A DNA stretch of 62,931 nucleotides. Origin: Phoronis australis. Its lineage: Eukaryota > Animalia > Phoronida. Shown piece by piece: positions 11,061 to 25,793 of this stretch. Every line of letters starts with the position of its first letter. Within the stretch, counting starts at the first letter, position 1. The translations under genes were made by a program, and so were the position numbers. The notes beneath the pieces were generated by a model, which worked only from the letters and a program-made list of their open reading frames with translations, did not search any database and had not been told where the DNA came from. The stretch covers positions 1 through 62,931 of the forward strand of contig NMRA01001050.1 in assembly GCA_002633005.1 (NCBI GenBank), in the 5' to 3' direction.

Positions 11061-14000
11061 AAGTTTCACGAGATTCTTCATTATTTTTGGTTATTTTTTA
11101 GCTATCATTTTGACAGTTGATCATCTGGCATTCTGGCATCCTTTCAGTTCAGACTCAGAGTGTTCAGACTGGTCGGTAAACCAACCAGGCCATACGCACA
11201 GTAAAAGTGTAGAATGAAATGTCATACAGATACACATCACACTGGAATTGCAAGTCAAACATTTATTCACGGGAACGCATCTCTTTGCAGAAATAATAGT
11301 AATATGGTGAATATAACTGCACGGCAATCAAGCCCTTCGAAAGATTGAAGATGAAGATTCAACTTTTTACTTTTTGCTTGTAACACTGCCATTTGCATTT
11401 TTTATTCTACTGGTGGACTCATGAACTAAAGCATTCACTGGGATCATTGGCTGGCATTTGGGTCACTACATGAGTACATTGTGTCATTAGGTATTGTAAA
11501 AATCTACTATAGCATATGACAATCTGATTCATTATAATAGAGGAAGGTAAAAGAGGTGAAATTTTACTGGTAAAACCATTTGCGGTTTTCTAAATGTGTC
11601 AAGGGAATTTTATTTGGTTAGTTCTAACACACTAAACAAGAATTTTCCTCTCATTCTTTTGGTTTATATCCAAATCACCAAGTGATGAAAAGCCCCGGTG
11701 GACGTTCAGCTGAATGTTTAAGACCTGGTTCTGACATACCAGACAGGGGCCTGGAGGCCCTGGGGTGTGTTTTATGACACTTTTCTGCCATAACTGAAAC
11801 CGAAATCTGGCAACCTTAGGACCAAAATGTCTTAACCCAATGTCATAAAATTCCTGAAGACCAAAATTAAGACTAAATCGGTCTAAGCTAATGTTAGCCT
11901 GCTACGGATTAGGAAGACCCATTTCACCAGGTCGAGAACACTTGAAAATAGTCTCAAACCGTAGCTTACTATGACATTTGTATATATCTTTTTGAATTTT
12001 TGAAATCAATTGGTGCTTTTCAAGTTATTTCGGTTTTAGAGCCTCAACAAACAGCATCTCAGGCTTCAGGAAGTTTCAAGTCTAAACAGCTTAGGAAATA
12101 TAGGTGCCAATATAAGTTCAGACTGTTCTCAAACAAGATGGACAGTCCTTTACAAGTAGCTTAACAACATAGCATGTAATTCAACCCACCAACTGATATG
12201 TATTGCACGAGGAAGATCAACAGAAATTCAGAAATTCTCTGTCAAACTTTTCGGCTTTTAGTTACAAGACTGCCCCTGAAGCTAAGTTAGATAAGGGATG
12301 CTTCGAAAATAGAAAAATTAAAATGACAGAACACTTTAAGCATTATTATTGTTTAGGAAAATGTTTACATGCCAACAAAATCGGTTAAATGCACGACACT
12401 TGTTGTTAATGTAATGAAGGCAGTATCTACACACAAGGCGCCCCAATTTTACGAGCCCGGTGCGGACAGATGGTGATATTGAAAACTAAACATTTACAAG
12501 CAATCCATAGTTGTTCCATGATCTAGTATATATCGCAGCGATGTGATTTTAGACAGTTCTCAGTGATACGCGGGCGGGCCAGTCGCTATTTAATAGTTTT
12601 ATGTGAAGAAATGGGTGCAATTTAGTTACTGATCCGAAATGTGATCAGCAATCCAGCTCGGGAGGAGCTTGAGAATTGCTGGGGATGAAACTATTGGCAA
12701 CCAAGTTAAGGAGGAGCCCGAAAGGTGCCTGAATAGTTGCAGTTTGGTGTGAGTGAGAGACAGCGTAGATGTTGACTTCTTGAGCTCTGCAACGGGACTG
12801 CTCGTGTCCGACAGAGACAAAGTTTAAGTACACAATTTCCACCAATCAGACACAATCTGAAGGGGCTATTCCCATAGTTCGTAGGATCTGACCAAATTTG
12901 GTCACATCCAAAGGACCCAAAAATATAACCCTAACCCTATTCCACACGTAATGTACAGCTTGTCCACCAGAGGGCATGTATATCTCAATTATTAACTGTG
13001 TTCAGGGCACTCCTGTTACATTAATAACGACAAGTGTCATGTATTTAACCACTTAACCAATTTTGTATTTACAACGGAAAAAGTGTTCCCGAAGTACAGC
13101 CAACAAATTTGAAAACAAGTTGATTTCAGAAGTAAATAAATTCAATAAATGCAAAAGCCAGAATATAACTAGAGTATATTTCATTTATGCGAATTATTTT
13201 TTCTACGAAAAGACAAAATATAAAATTAATGTTTTCACAGTGTTAAGGGTTACACCCTACCATCAAAATGAGGTGCGCTTTAATACAACAAAGTTTTTGT
13301 TTTGACTTTAAGTTCACTTTATCTTTATCTTTGTTAGAATTATTTATTCCACTAAAAAGATTAAAATTTAAGCCTACTAGGAAATTGGAAGTAATCTATG
13401 GTTAAACCACTGTCTAGACTTCTGAATTTGAGGGTTTTGGGTTAGGTTCTGGTCTTGGACCAAAAATGAGCTTGACTTGTGTGATATTTTGATGGTACTA
13501 TATGATGGTAGCACATGCTTTATCCAACGTCAAGCTGAAAATAGAATTGTAGGGTCTCCAAGCTTCTTAACCAGTCAATCAAAAGCAATTGTCTCAATGT
13601 TCAATGAATTAAGCTGACAATATGCATGTACTCTGCCTACATTTTTGAATTTCTATGCACTAGACTTTGATATCTGGCAAATGCCTCAAGAAAATAAAGA
13701 TTATAAAATCAGTGCCTTATATCCAGTGTTTTCGTGAGTTCGTGGAGCTGTTACAAATTGATTTATTCTAAGCAATGGAATCCTAAGTCCTCAACAGTAG
13801 AATTAAACTTGTTAGAAGCTTTCTTTGAAATTACTCAACCTGTGAAGGTTTGCTATAGGGTGTGTTGCTGCTGAGCTCAATGAGCCATCACTGTTCGGGA
13901 GCTGAACACTTAACATTAGCAAGTCTGCAGCCAAACTTGTCACTTCCAATCTCAATCTTTTCAGAAGTGCATTTCAGCCCCCAGCCTCTAGCTCGCCACG

Positions 14001-17000
14001 GCCTCCGAGCACAGGGAGCAATCAGAGCTGCAACTCATGTAAGGGACCGCGTCCAAAACAGATGATCTGCGTAGGGGAGGAAGTCAAGATCGCTGTCAAC
14101 ATTGCGTTGGACAGGTTTCGCATGAATGAAGACCAGGCTGGTTAGTGTCAAAAGGCATATTGTTTTCTGAATTGTAATGTTGTAATGCATCCATTCTGTA
14201 ATATATCAGCCTAATATCAACCTCTTAGTCCATGTTGTGTATGATAACATTTGTCATAGATTTTCTTGATGATTATGTCCGTTATCAGATTACAAAATGT
14301 AAACAAGTCTATCGTATATTTTCAGAACAACCACTGACATCAAGGAGGTGATGCACCAAGATCAATGTTTTAAAGTAATTGTCAGTTTGTATTTCTTTTC
14401 AGAGCTTGAGTTCCCATCCTCCTTGACGGCTCAAGAGCGAGCATTTATCCATCGACTATGTGGTAACCTCGGACTAAGGTCAAAGAGCAAAGGGTGAATG
14501 ATGAATAATTATGCGCAGTGTATTCAACTGTACTTCTGATTGGATATTTGATTAAAACATGAAGCTAAGCGACCACAATTATTGCCATTTTCACAAGGGC
14601 GCAGTAGACTGATACATGCTGTCAGCGCATATGCTGATATCTGAAAAATGCTGCTGAGAAAAATATAACAAAACATCCAACAACTGTTCAACAACAATGG
14701 TATTCACGTGCACTTTGAAGGAAGGGGTGTCGCAAAAAAGTGCAAATCTTGTACACTCATGGAAACGGCGATAATTGAGAACTGTTCATAAACTGACAAA
14801 AAATCGAAGACTGTCACATTTCATACAAAGTTACCGCTACATTCTTGTATTTTTCGGGGCTTGGAATTTTCCTCGTTTAAGAGGATGTCCTCTTTTTTGA
14901 TTTCAATTTTGTCTTATTTGATTTCGAGTATCCTCTTTTTCATCTTTTTTTGATCAGTATTTTGACTTAATGCATGCAAAAACATTTATTTCAATCTGAT
15001 CAGTTCACTTTTACAACACAAGAAACATTTCTATCATGCAAGCCTATTTGTGTAACGATACATCACCTGGAAGCTTTTCCTCTTTTTTGTCAATAGTCAA
15101 TGGTCATTCCCAGCTCTGATTGTTGACTGCATCATTCTGTACATACAAACCTTCCCTTTAGTCACAGTACCTGTCACTTTGTATCATCACCTACTGTGCG
15201 TAAGGGTTACTTGCTGTTGTAGGAAGGGCAACAACCGTTACTTGACCATCTCCAAGAAGGACATGTCGCAAAACTTCAATGCATCGTCACCATTCCAACT
15301 GGTGCGCAACTCTCGCCACAGTATTCATAGCCTGTTGCAGAGATTTCCAGTCACAAACAAAGAGAAACAAGAGTTGTTACCACGTCTGGATCGTAACACA
15401 CCTGTCGAAGGTACACGCCGTCTCTGATTTTGATTGATTACATCTCTAGGGTTAAGATTTTTACAGTCAGGGGAAATTTAAACTCCAATTGACTAACCTT
15501 TCGGTACAGTCTCATCAATTTAGGACTCGATGTTAAGGTCATAACAAACTTTATTTTCTATCATTAAATTCATTCTTTCATATTCTCAAGTTCTATGTGT
15601 TGCTACTATGACCGTATAATATTTTGAAAAAAAGGGCATTTCACATTGATGGTGGAAATGGGATGAAAAGATGAAGAAGGGCATTGGCCATTAGTGTTGT
15701 CCGACATTGGTGAGACTCTTTCTTAAGTAATTTTGGATGTTCAGTATGCTAAACACTTGTGAACTGTACCTGCTCAGATGTGAAGTGATAGGTGGCCTAA
15801 GGAAGAGCAAGTAATTGGTACTGCTGGAATTGAAACTCAAGCTGTCATTCTGTGCACTAAAATTGCACTAGCCAGATTGCACTAGCCAGTTAGATGGGAT
15901 CGTAGACTGGTTTCAGGCCTGGGCAGGGTTGTATATAACATGAAGTGTGGTTGTTGCATGACGTCAAATGTGTTGTTCAATAATGGCACTGTGTAGCATG
16001 GCAGTGTGATGTCATTGTTTTTATCCAGAATTGGCTTTGAGAAGTGCGGTTCAGTTGACCGTTTGTCCTAAAACATGTAACAGTCATGAGCAAAAAAGAA
16101 ATAGAATGTATACACCATTTCAGTACTACTCATTGTGAAATGATGCAGTACCTTGAGTTTTGTTCTTTACTGGCGGCTGCTGGTCGGCTAATTTTTAGCT
16201 GACCGGTTGGCTAATTTGCCGACCGGTCGACGGCCGGTCATCGACTAATTTCCAACCGGTCGGACAAAAATTCGTGATGTTTGCTGCAGCTTGCAATGAT
16301 ATAAACACCGTCATTTTTTTACAGGTATGAGAGAATTGAATAAAACAACGACAGGTCGACTGAACAATGGTGTGCAACAGATCCCTCCAAAAGCTGCAGT
16401 TACTGAACTGTTGACTACACAGAAGACACTACCCGTCTATGGGAAGAAAGACGAAATCGTCCGTCTGATTAACCAACACCAGGTGGTGCTCATCTCTGGA
16501 GAGACAGGTTCTGGAAAAACAACACAGGTGAGTGCCCTCTACTGTTGTGTGCAGTGATTAGTGCAGTACCAGTTTTTATAAACCATTAATTTATTTTGAT
16601 TAGTATCTTTTGAATGTTGGAATTACTTTTGAAAAGCAGAATAATTTAAAATGCGAAAAGGCCTTGATAAATATCGTTGACTTTCAATATTCAAGTAAAA
16701 GAATAATCATGCCATGCAAGTTTTAAGAAAGATTTACAATGGGCCATCCTTGAGTGGTATTTTATATAAAAAGCAATTTTTAATGCCTATCGTTACAGGT
16801 TCCTCAGATGATACTAAACCAGTCTTGGGAGAAACAGATCCCCTGTCGTATTTTCTGCACCCAGCCTCGTCGTATCTCGGCACTGAGCGTGGCTGAACGA
16901 GTGGCCACAGAGAGAGGCGAGAAGATTGGGCAGACGGTTGGCTATCAGATACGACTGGAGAGCAAGTAGGTCAACTGGAAAAGAGGCTCTGCTCAACGTT

Positions 17001-20000
17001 ATGGTTATTGCCTTGTTTTGAAATTTGAAGCATGTCACAGTTGGATTTATATTTGGTGTTGGTTCTGGATGTTGGCTCTGACGGACATTAAAGTTTGTTT
17101 CATCTGCAAAGCTACTGCATCTGTGCTGAATATCAGTTAATATTTTGCTGCCCATGTGTGGGACAACAATAGCAATGTGATGGTGAGGTCATGTTCGAGA
17201 AGTTCAAAACACTGAAGAGTATGTTGTGTAACCTAGTGCTTTTGCACGACCATGTGACTGACCATGTGACTGGCCATGTGACTGACCATGTGACTTGGTG
17301 GTTTTGCTACCTTTCAACTGTTCCAAAGTGAAAACAACAAAGTCTAGTTTTGAAATGCATTGCTTTATAGGATGTTAGGATCTTTACCCTACGAGAGAGC
17401 ACTTATTGTTGGCTAAGTTGACCAGTAATGGCAACACCAGGTGTCACAGACTGTATGACTGTTTACTTGGTTGACATGTTCTTATTTGTGACTAAGTTGG
17501 CTGGTAATGGCACCACCAGGTGTCGCTCACCGTACGACTGTGTTTATTTAGTTGGGATGCTCTTATTTGTGACTAAGTTGGTCGATAATGATACCTCCAG
17601 GTGTCGCAGACCATATGACTGTTTGTTTAGTCCTGGTAAACAGCACACTTCCCTTTCAGAGTGTCGCCCAAAACACTGCTGACATTCTGCACCAACGGAG
17701 TGTTACTTCGGACACTTATGGGAGGGGAGAATGCACTGTCCACCGTCACGCACATCATTGTGGTAGGTCACATAATTCTTACACATAGATCATGCTCTGC
17801 TCACAATTAGGTCAGTATGGTTCTAGCAAATAGGTCACACTCTGCTAGATAGTTCCTATGCTTAGTTCCAAGTGTATGTCAACTATTGCTCGTAAATTGG
17901 TCTGAGGATGTTGATAAATAGGTCACGCATTGCTAATTAAGTAGTGCACTCTGTGCTATTAAATTAGTCGCATAGTTCTATCAGGTAGTATAATGATAAT
18001 AATAATGGATGACCACCTTAATTTGTAGGATAATGTTCGACAAAATTTTTTTTTCGTAGAATTTGTTTTTCTTCTGATTTAGTCATTGGTAAGTCATCCC
18101 TATTACAGGTGTTATAAGTGACTTCATCCGTAATTTCTTTTCCCGTCTAATATGAGAACGCTAATGATGGAGGCAAGTTTACTGTTATTAATTTTCCATA
18201 CTTTAACAAGTTGAACGTTTATATTAATATGCAGTTGCTTTGTCCTGGCAGGATGAGGTGCATGAGAGGGACAGGTTCAGTGACTTCCTTCTAATTGCTG
18301 TGCGCCAACTGTTACCACGGTTCAAGCATCTCAAGTTAGTTCTGATGAGTGCTACACTCAACTCACAGTTGTTTCTACAGTACTTTGACAACTGTCCGCT
18401 CATCAAAGGTTAGATAACGTCAGTTTATGGGGACATTTGTCATTTTACTTTATACTGTTTTACTTCATGGATTTCTTAACGGCCATTCCCACTCGTATTG
18501 TATTTAATATTTACGTTTGAATTATAATTGGTTGACAATAAATCACCAGAATTCTCCTGATGTCTTTACTGCCATGGTGGCAACTAAAACTTAACCGCTG
18601 TGATGCGCAACTTTCAATAACCTAGGTCTGTAGCAATAACAACCTGCCAGTACTTCTAAATTCTAATCGGATTGAGGAACAAGAAGAGACGGATGAATGG
18701 CTCAAGTCAAAAGTTGTGTTTTTTAGCAGAAGGTGAGAGTTTATCACCGGTTTAACTTTAATAAAGCTTTGATGAATTTCTCAGATTCTGTCAAAAATTT
18801 TGAAGCTTCTTAATTACAGTGCCTGGCAAGTTACATGATGTCAAGGAGTTCTACTTGGAGGACATTCTGAAATGGACAAGCTACTCTAATGCCAAAATGG
18901 AAAAGTTCAAAAAAGAAAAGGAAAAAGGTACTAAGTTTTTGTTACAAAAATGAGAAGTAGTGCTTTTGCGTTTGGTTATTAATTTCAGTTTTTTAAGAAT
19001 TTCACTATTTGATTTGCTGTGTTTGGTTTAAATATTCTAGATTAACAGGACTTAGGCGTTATCTCCTTTCGGTATTCTCCATAATAGGGTGCTATGTCCT
19101 CTTTTAATTACGCTCAATACTTTACTGCAGAGCAGAACTTACATCACCTGTATTTAACAAAAATATTCCACCAATTTTAGGTGCTCAAGTGTATTACACC
19201 TTTTTCGATTTTGGTAATTACACAACACTGCGTCTGTACAAGACTGACTGAGGTATTAAATGTCTAACCCCTTGCCTGATTCTAGTACGAGTTACAATTA
19301 AGTACTCTGTTTCTGTATTGTATAATGCAGATAAGGCCCTTATCAACTTTGTGTTGTATAATGCAGAGGAGGCCCATTTCAACCTTACCATGTTGTATCA
19401 TGCAAAGAAGGCACCCATCAACCTTGCCATCTTGTATGGTGCTGAGAACATCCATATCGACCTTCCCATGTCCTTTAATGCGGAGAAGGTCCATATCAAT
19501 CTTCCCATGTCGTATAATGTTGAGGTCCATATCAACTTACCCTGAAATGCAGAGAAGTCCATATCAACCGTACCGATCATTGTATAAGGCTGAGAAGGTC
19601 CGTATCAACCTTACCATGCTGTATAATGCAGAGAAGGTCCATATCAACCTTACCATGTTGTATAATGCTGAGAAGGTCCATATCAACCTTACCATGTTGT
19701 ATAACGCTGAGAAGGTCCATATCAACCTGACCATGTTGTATAGTGCTGAGAAGGTCCATATCAACCTGACCATGTTGTATAGTGCTGAGAAGGTCCATAT
19801 CAACCTTACCATGGTGTATAATGCAGAGAAAGGTCCATATCAACCTTACCATGTTGTATAGTGCTGAGAAGGTCCATATCAACCTTACCATGTTGTATAA
19901 TGCAGAGAAGGTCCATATCAACCTTACCATGTTGTATAATGCAGAGAAGGCCCACATCAAGCAGCTGGAAGAGTGGTGCACAATGGAGTTACCTGGCCGG

Positions 20001-23000
20001 ACTAAACCTGTCGACATCTCTGAGCAGACCAGAGAGAGGCTTTCTGATGTAAGTGGCTTTTAAAATTAGTTAATGAATTTTAAATTAAAAACCAGCTTTA
20101 CTCAACGATCGTCACCTGACACACTAGACAAAAGTGTCTTCCATTCGATGTCACTTGATTCACTAGTGTCTTCCATATAAGATTGCAGTATGCACAATGA
20201 GTCCTCCTCCAAATTCTTATCAAGGCACATTTATTTACATTCTTTTTCTTAATAATTATTTTACAGTAAATAGTATTTAATTATGGTTTCATGTTTAAAG
20301 TGTTATAAATTATTTTAGTTGAACATTGAGAAAGAGGAGCTTGATGATTGGCTGAAAACAGAGATGGACAACTTACTGAGTGAGGCCTTTCTGGGAGGTG
20401 ATGAGAATGTGTTTACACAGATATTTCACTTCATAATGAGCGAGAATGTCAGCGGTGAGCAATCCACATGCATCTTCTATCTTCTATTTCATTTTCCTTA
20501 CTGTCTCTGGTTTTAAAGCTACTCTTAAGTTCTTAGGGTTTGACAGCTGTCATTCTCTAGACAGGAGTCCTTCCTACTTTTAGTTACTGGTTAATTAATT
20601 TTTTTTTGTATCATTCTTGCTGTCAGTTCATTACCATCACAGTGTGACAGGAATCACTTTCCCTCTTTAATTATGCCTATTTTGTATTTACATGTCACCA
20701 TTTCAGTTGACTACTGTCACTCAGAGACTGGTGCCACACCCCTCATGATAGCAGCTGGGCGGGGATTCCTCAATGCCCTGGAGAGCCTGCTTAACCTGGG
20801 GGCGTCGACTAATGTGCGCACGTCCAATGACTGGACAGCACTTGACTGGGCCAAAAAGTTCCATCAGACTGAGGCTGTGGTGTTGTTGGAGTCTTTCATG
20901 TGAGTAACATTCTGTATTGGTGTGCTTTTTAACTGTTAACACTGGCGTCTGTTAGGTGTTAGCAGACAAAATTGAACTTTCCATGTTAAATTATATTTTG
21001 CTGTAATTTTTTGTTTTATTTGTTTTTTTTTGCGGTGAGTTTATTAACTCTGGTTTCAAGTAAATAAATTGATTAGTTAGACTTCTATGGTTAATAAAAA
21101 CAACGGATTTAAAACGGCTTGACGTGTTTTGGTATTGTTTATTTATTAAATAAACACCATCATCAGGAGAGAGAACATAGTGACCACCTAGGTGAGCCCC
21201 TGGCACTCCCTGTAACTGACTATCTGTGCTTCATCACTTGTTGTTGGGCCTAACTAGGTGGCCACTATGTTCTCTCTTCTTCTGAAGATGGTGTTTAAAT
21301 AAACGACACCAAAACTACTACTTGCTATCATGGAGAACTTCGGGTTAAATTTACTGTTTTTCCTAGTCTGTATTTTGTTGCCTAAATTGAAAAACAGATG
21401 AATTAAATCACTTATAATTATTATATTAGCTAGTAAGTCTTAAAATCATTGTCGTTATATGCCTTTCTACAAAAGGACTTGATTTAGGTTACCAATAAGA
21501 ACACTGAAGCTATTGGCGATTCAAGAAAACACTGTCTTTTAAATTCATTTCAGATGAGCAACCCTAACTGCATTCAAAAATGGCACATATACACATTGCC
21601 TGGGTATTGAGCTCCCATGTCATTCTGCAACAGCTCGATAAATGATAAAATTAATGTATTTGGTTAAGAATTACTGACTGCATTATGACAGTAACTGGGT
21701 TGAAGCTCAAACTGTAAAATTGGTGAAATTATGGCATAGATATAATGCCATGACTACTATACGACACCATTCTTCATGAATGTTAACATGGCTGCCATCG
21801 CATGTTGTATCTTGTTTGACCCCTGTTTATACCCCAGGTCATCTGAGACTTGCACCAGTGATGAGATCAGCCTGGATAAGGCAGCCAAAGATGTCGACCC
21901 TGGTGACCAAGAGTTGCTTAGCCTCTATCACCATAGCTTTGATGACGAGAAGGTTGACCTTGACCTTATTGCTGCACTATTGTATAAAGTGCACACGACA
22001 CAACGGGAAGGTGAGAAGACTGCTGCTGGCAGTACAAAAATTAAGTTTGGGTGATTTTTACCTCAATGAGGTCACTTTATATAAAGTTTTGACAAAGACT
22101 TATTCTGCGACTGTTGTTGGCTTACAAAAGTCGTCTGCTACACAGTACATGTCAAAAGTAACGTGAGAAATGCTGTTTTCCTGTCGTGACAGTTGTAACG
22201 GGTCATTCTCGCTACTGTGATGGCGAGTTCTGGTGGAGCTCAGCTGTTATAATGGGGGAAGTCCCTTTTGTCTGATTATTTTCGGCCTGTACTGTTTATT
22301 GGCTTATCCTCACAAATGATAGCTCAACTCAGTACCTTCAACTGATGCTTTTTCCTGAGTTTTAAAGCCCCACTTTCTCCATACTCTTAGATTTTATCAA
22401 TATGTACACACATTGTTGAGATCAATGTCTTCAAAGTGTGTCCACCATTTTAGGTGCCATCTTGGTGTTCTTGCCTGGTTACGATGAAATTGTAACTCTA
22501 CGTGAGATCATTCTCACTGGCGACAAGCGATTCGTGGACTCTAACCGCTATATTTTGTACACACTCCACTCAGCCATGCAGTCCTCGGATCAGAAGCAGG
22601 TGTTCAAGAACCCACCACCAGGTGTCAGGAAGATTGTAAGTGCTGCCGTGGGTTCTTTACATCAGTACCACTTTGGCCGTTACATAGATTTACTGGATGT
22701 TGCTGATATTTTGGTTTTATTTGCCATCTCACATTGTTCACTGTCAACAAAGCGCAGCCGGGTATACCATTATGTGTTGTACACTTGGCTGGATGTAATT
22801 AACCAAATCAGAAGTGTTAGTTATTATTGCTTGTTGATGACAGCTGATAAGGTCAAATTTTTTGACATGTACACAGCATGCTTCATGTCACAGGTCATGA
22901 CATGTACACAACATGCTTCATGTCACAGGTCATGACATGTACACAACATGCTTCATGTCACAGGTCATGACAGTGTTCCTTTCTGTACATTTACTCTAAT

Positions 23001-25753
23001 TGTAGGCCTGTTTTCTCCAAATGATTTCTTGTTTTCAAGTTGCCCCTGGTTTACAGCAGTTGTAAATCGTACATAATGGAGTGGCACGATTATTGACTTA
23101 CAGTTGACCATCTTTTGCTTTTCAAACCCCACAGATGCTTACATTATCTCACTTTTAATATCTGAATACAGCAGAATGACATTGGATTAAGCTTGTACAT
23201 TCAGTACTTTATTCTAATATTCTGTCTATGTTTGCAGATTCTGTCGACGAACCTTGCTGAGACCAGTGTCACCATCAACGATGTCGTGTTCGTCATCGAC
23301 TGTGGTAAGATCAAGGAGAAGTCGTATGATGCACTCACCTCTGTGTCGATGCTCAAGACGAACTGGGTGTCACGTGCCAACGCTCTACAGAGAAAGGGCA
23401 GGTACGCACTGTGTACAGTTAGCGAACTATGACAAATTGAGTGTGATGTGCCAACGCTTTACAGAGAAATGGCATATTATGTACTGCGTAGAGTTAGCAG
23501 TCTGTCAAACTGGGTATTGCATACCAATGCTCTATTGAGAATGGGCAGGTATGGAATGTGTACATTTAGCAAACTATGACAAACTGGATGAATAATTAAG
23601 AGTACTTCAGCCAAAAGAACTAAATAGATGTTATTTATTGTGCCTGTCCTCTGTTGGATTTTTATAACAGTGGGCAAGTTGGAGAGCGGGATTTTGACAA
23701 ATTTTAGAGATTTTTGTCGTCATAAAATGAATATTTTGCTACACTTTTGTGCATCACAACTTAACCAAAGCTTGTCATTGTCCAGTTGAAACAAGGATGT
23801 GAAATAGTTTGTGAGACCCTTCAAAAACATACCTCAGTATGCTGTTTTGCTGGACTTCTCTGTTACTAACTACTGAATACTTTAGGTCAACAATTTGTCA
23901 CTTGAATTATTGATAGTTTTGAAGTATTTTGCAACATTTTGAACTAAAGTTCTTTAAAAACGAAAATCATGAAAAATAGATATCTGGTGTCACAAGATGT
24001 ACTGTTTATCTTGGTGATGTGTTATGTTTCCACCGATGAGGTTTTGACTTAACAAATGATGGAAATATCATGTATTGGATGTGTGTATAAATACCGTATA
24101 TTGCAAATCGGTAAATTCTGAAATCCTTATTGTCTATTTAATCTAATTGTTTTTACTTTGATCTAAAAGCATAGAAATTTAGAAAATTACCTGGTGTTAA
24201 CATTTGTTGTGGGACAGGTTAATATTGATATTTTGCCGAATCTGTTTCACAATGAAACAGTGAGAGTAAAAGCTCACACATGAAAAAATTTGCAGTCACC
24301 CCTCTACACCTTGGTGTTTTTAGGTAAACTTAGTGTGAAGTGAACATTCTGTTACCATATTTTGTTTTTTGTCTACTTTGTACCTGATGATGATATTTGA
24401 TGAATATTGAAATTTCATTTTCATGCTGTGTCTTTTTTGTTTTCTGTTTCTTACTTCTAATTTGGCGAAAATTTATGAAATGTGTATCCTGGAACATTTA
24501 TGGACACCTCGTGGAAAGAAGTTTGTGTGAGAATTATGAGAGATTGGGATAGTATATGTCTGGTCTTACGCTATGTATTGCAGGGCGGGACGTTGTCAGG
24601 CAGGTGTGTGTTACCACCTGTTCAGTCGTCTTAGGTACACCAACATGCAGGAGTTTCAGGAACCAGAACTACTCAGGTACCCTCTACAGGTAGGTAGATG
24701 TACTGCTTGGATATGTTTTTATTACATTATATATTTTTACGGAATACGATTGTTTTACCTGTTTCTACATTATCTGCGACACAGCATTTGTCTTACTTTT
24801 AATTTCTAAATGCTTCCGCTCTTTGTTTGCTCTAGCTCAGATATGGTTTGCATGGAGAGACACAGTGTAAACCATTGATTTGGAGAATAGCCTTTTGCGT
24901 GGTCTCTAATTATGGGTGGTTGTTGAAGAAACAAAGTCCATGTCTGCCTAACTAATAGCTCTTTCATACTCCCTATATTGTTTGCAGTTGGTAACTAGTA
25001 ATTGAATGTAGTGTAACCCATTTTCTCATATGACCCGAAATGTGTTACAACCCGACTCGTTAATAACAGCGAGTAAGTAATTTTTTTGATATTACTTGGG
25101 CGAATCACAAAATAGTGCAAAGTAGAAATCCATGCGCCGCCTTACATTTTATAGTCTGCAAAACACTAATATCAACAACCAAACACGCACCAACCAAACA
25201 ATGCAGGAATTGCGGCAAGCCTCGGGATTTTGATGAAATTTCCGAGAAGTTTTGCCCATGTCATAAACCTGAGACTCGTGCATGATTCTCTATGTCTCTC
25301 ATTGATTGCTATGTGGTGGCTTATTGAACTCCTGACACCAGAGGTCTCCCCTGTGTGTATCCAGCTACTCAATGTCTTCACAACATGTGCCTAACATTGG
25401 TCTCCTATATTACAGGAGATCTGTCTACACACCAAACTGCTGGCACCGGTGGGCTGTTCTATTGCTGACTACCTGTCCATGGCCCCCCAACCTCCTTCTT
25501 ACCTGGTCACTAAAAGTGCTGTGCAAATTCTAAAGGTAAGTCTGTGCGGTCTAATACTGCCCCTAGCTGTAGAACTGCTACTGTGTGAAGTCTTGTTATC
25601 CATTATCTGGTGAGATTTGCTCCACTAAGAGCTGAAGAATTCAGCAGTGGTGATGATGAAAGGTATAGGAACTAGTAAAATGGAACCAGACTGAAATAGT
25701 GCACACTGTTGTTAAAAGAGTGGACACATGCAGACGCACGCGCACGCGCACGC

Positions 25754-25793
<40 letters not shown>

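Noticed and set aside
12920-13450. taaccc / gggtta motifs suggesting telomeric repeats
   Set aside because: Only 2-3 units each; more likely parts of dispersed repeats.
19282-20063. Several overlapping repetitive ORFs
   Set aside because: Products of the 39-bp array; only 19945-20048 fits the YTHDC2 exon chain.
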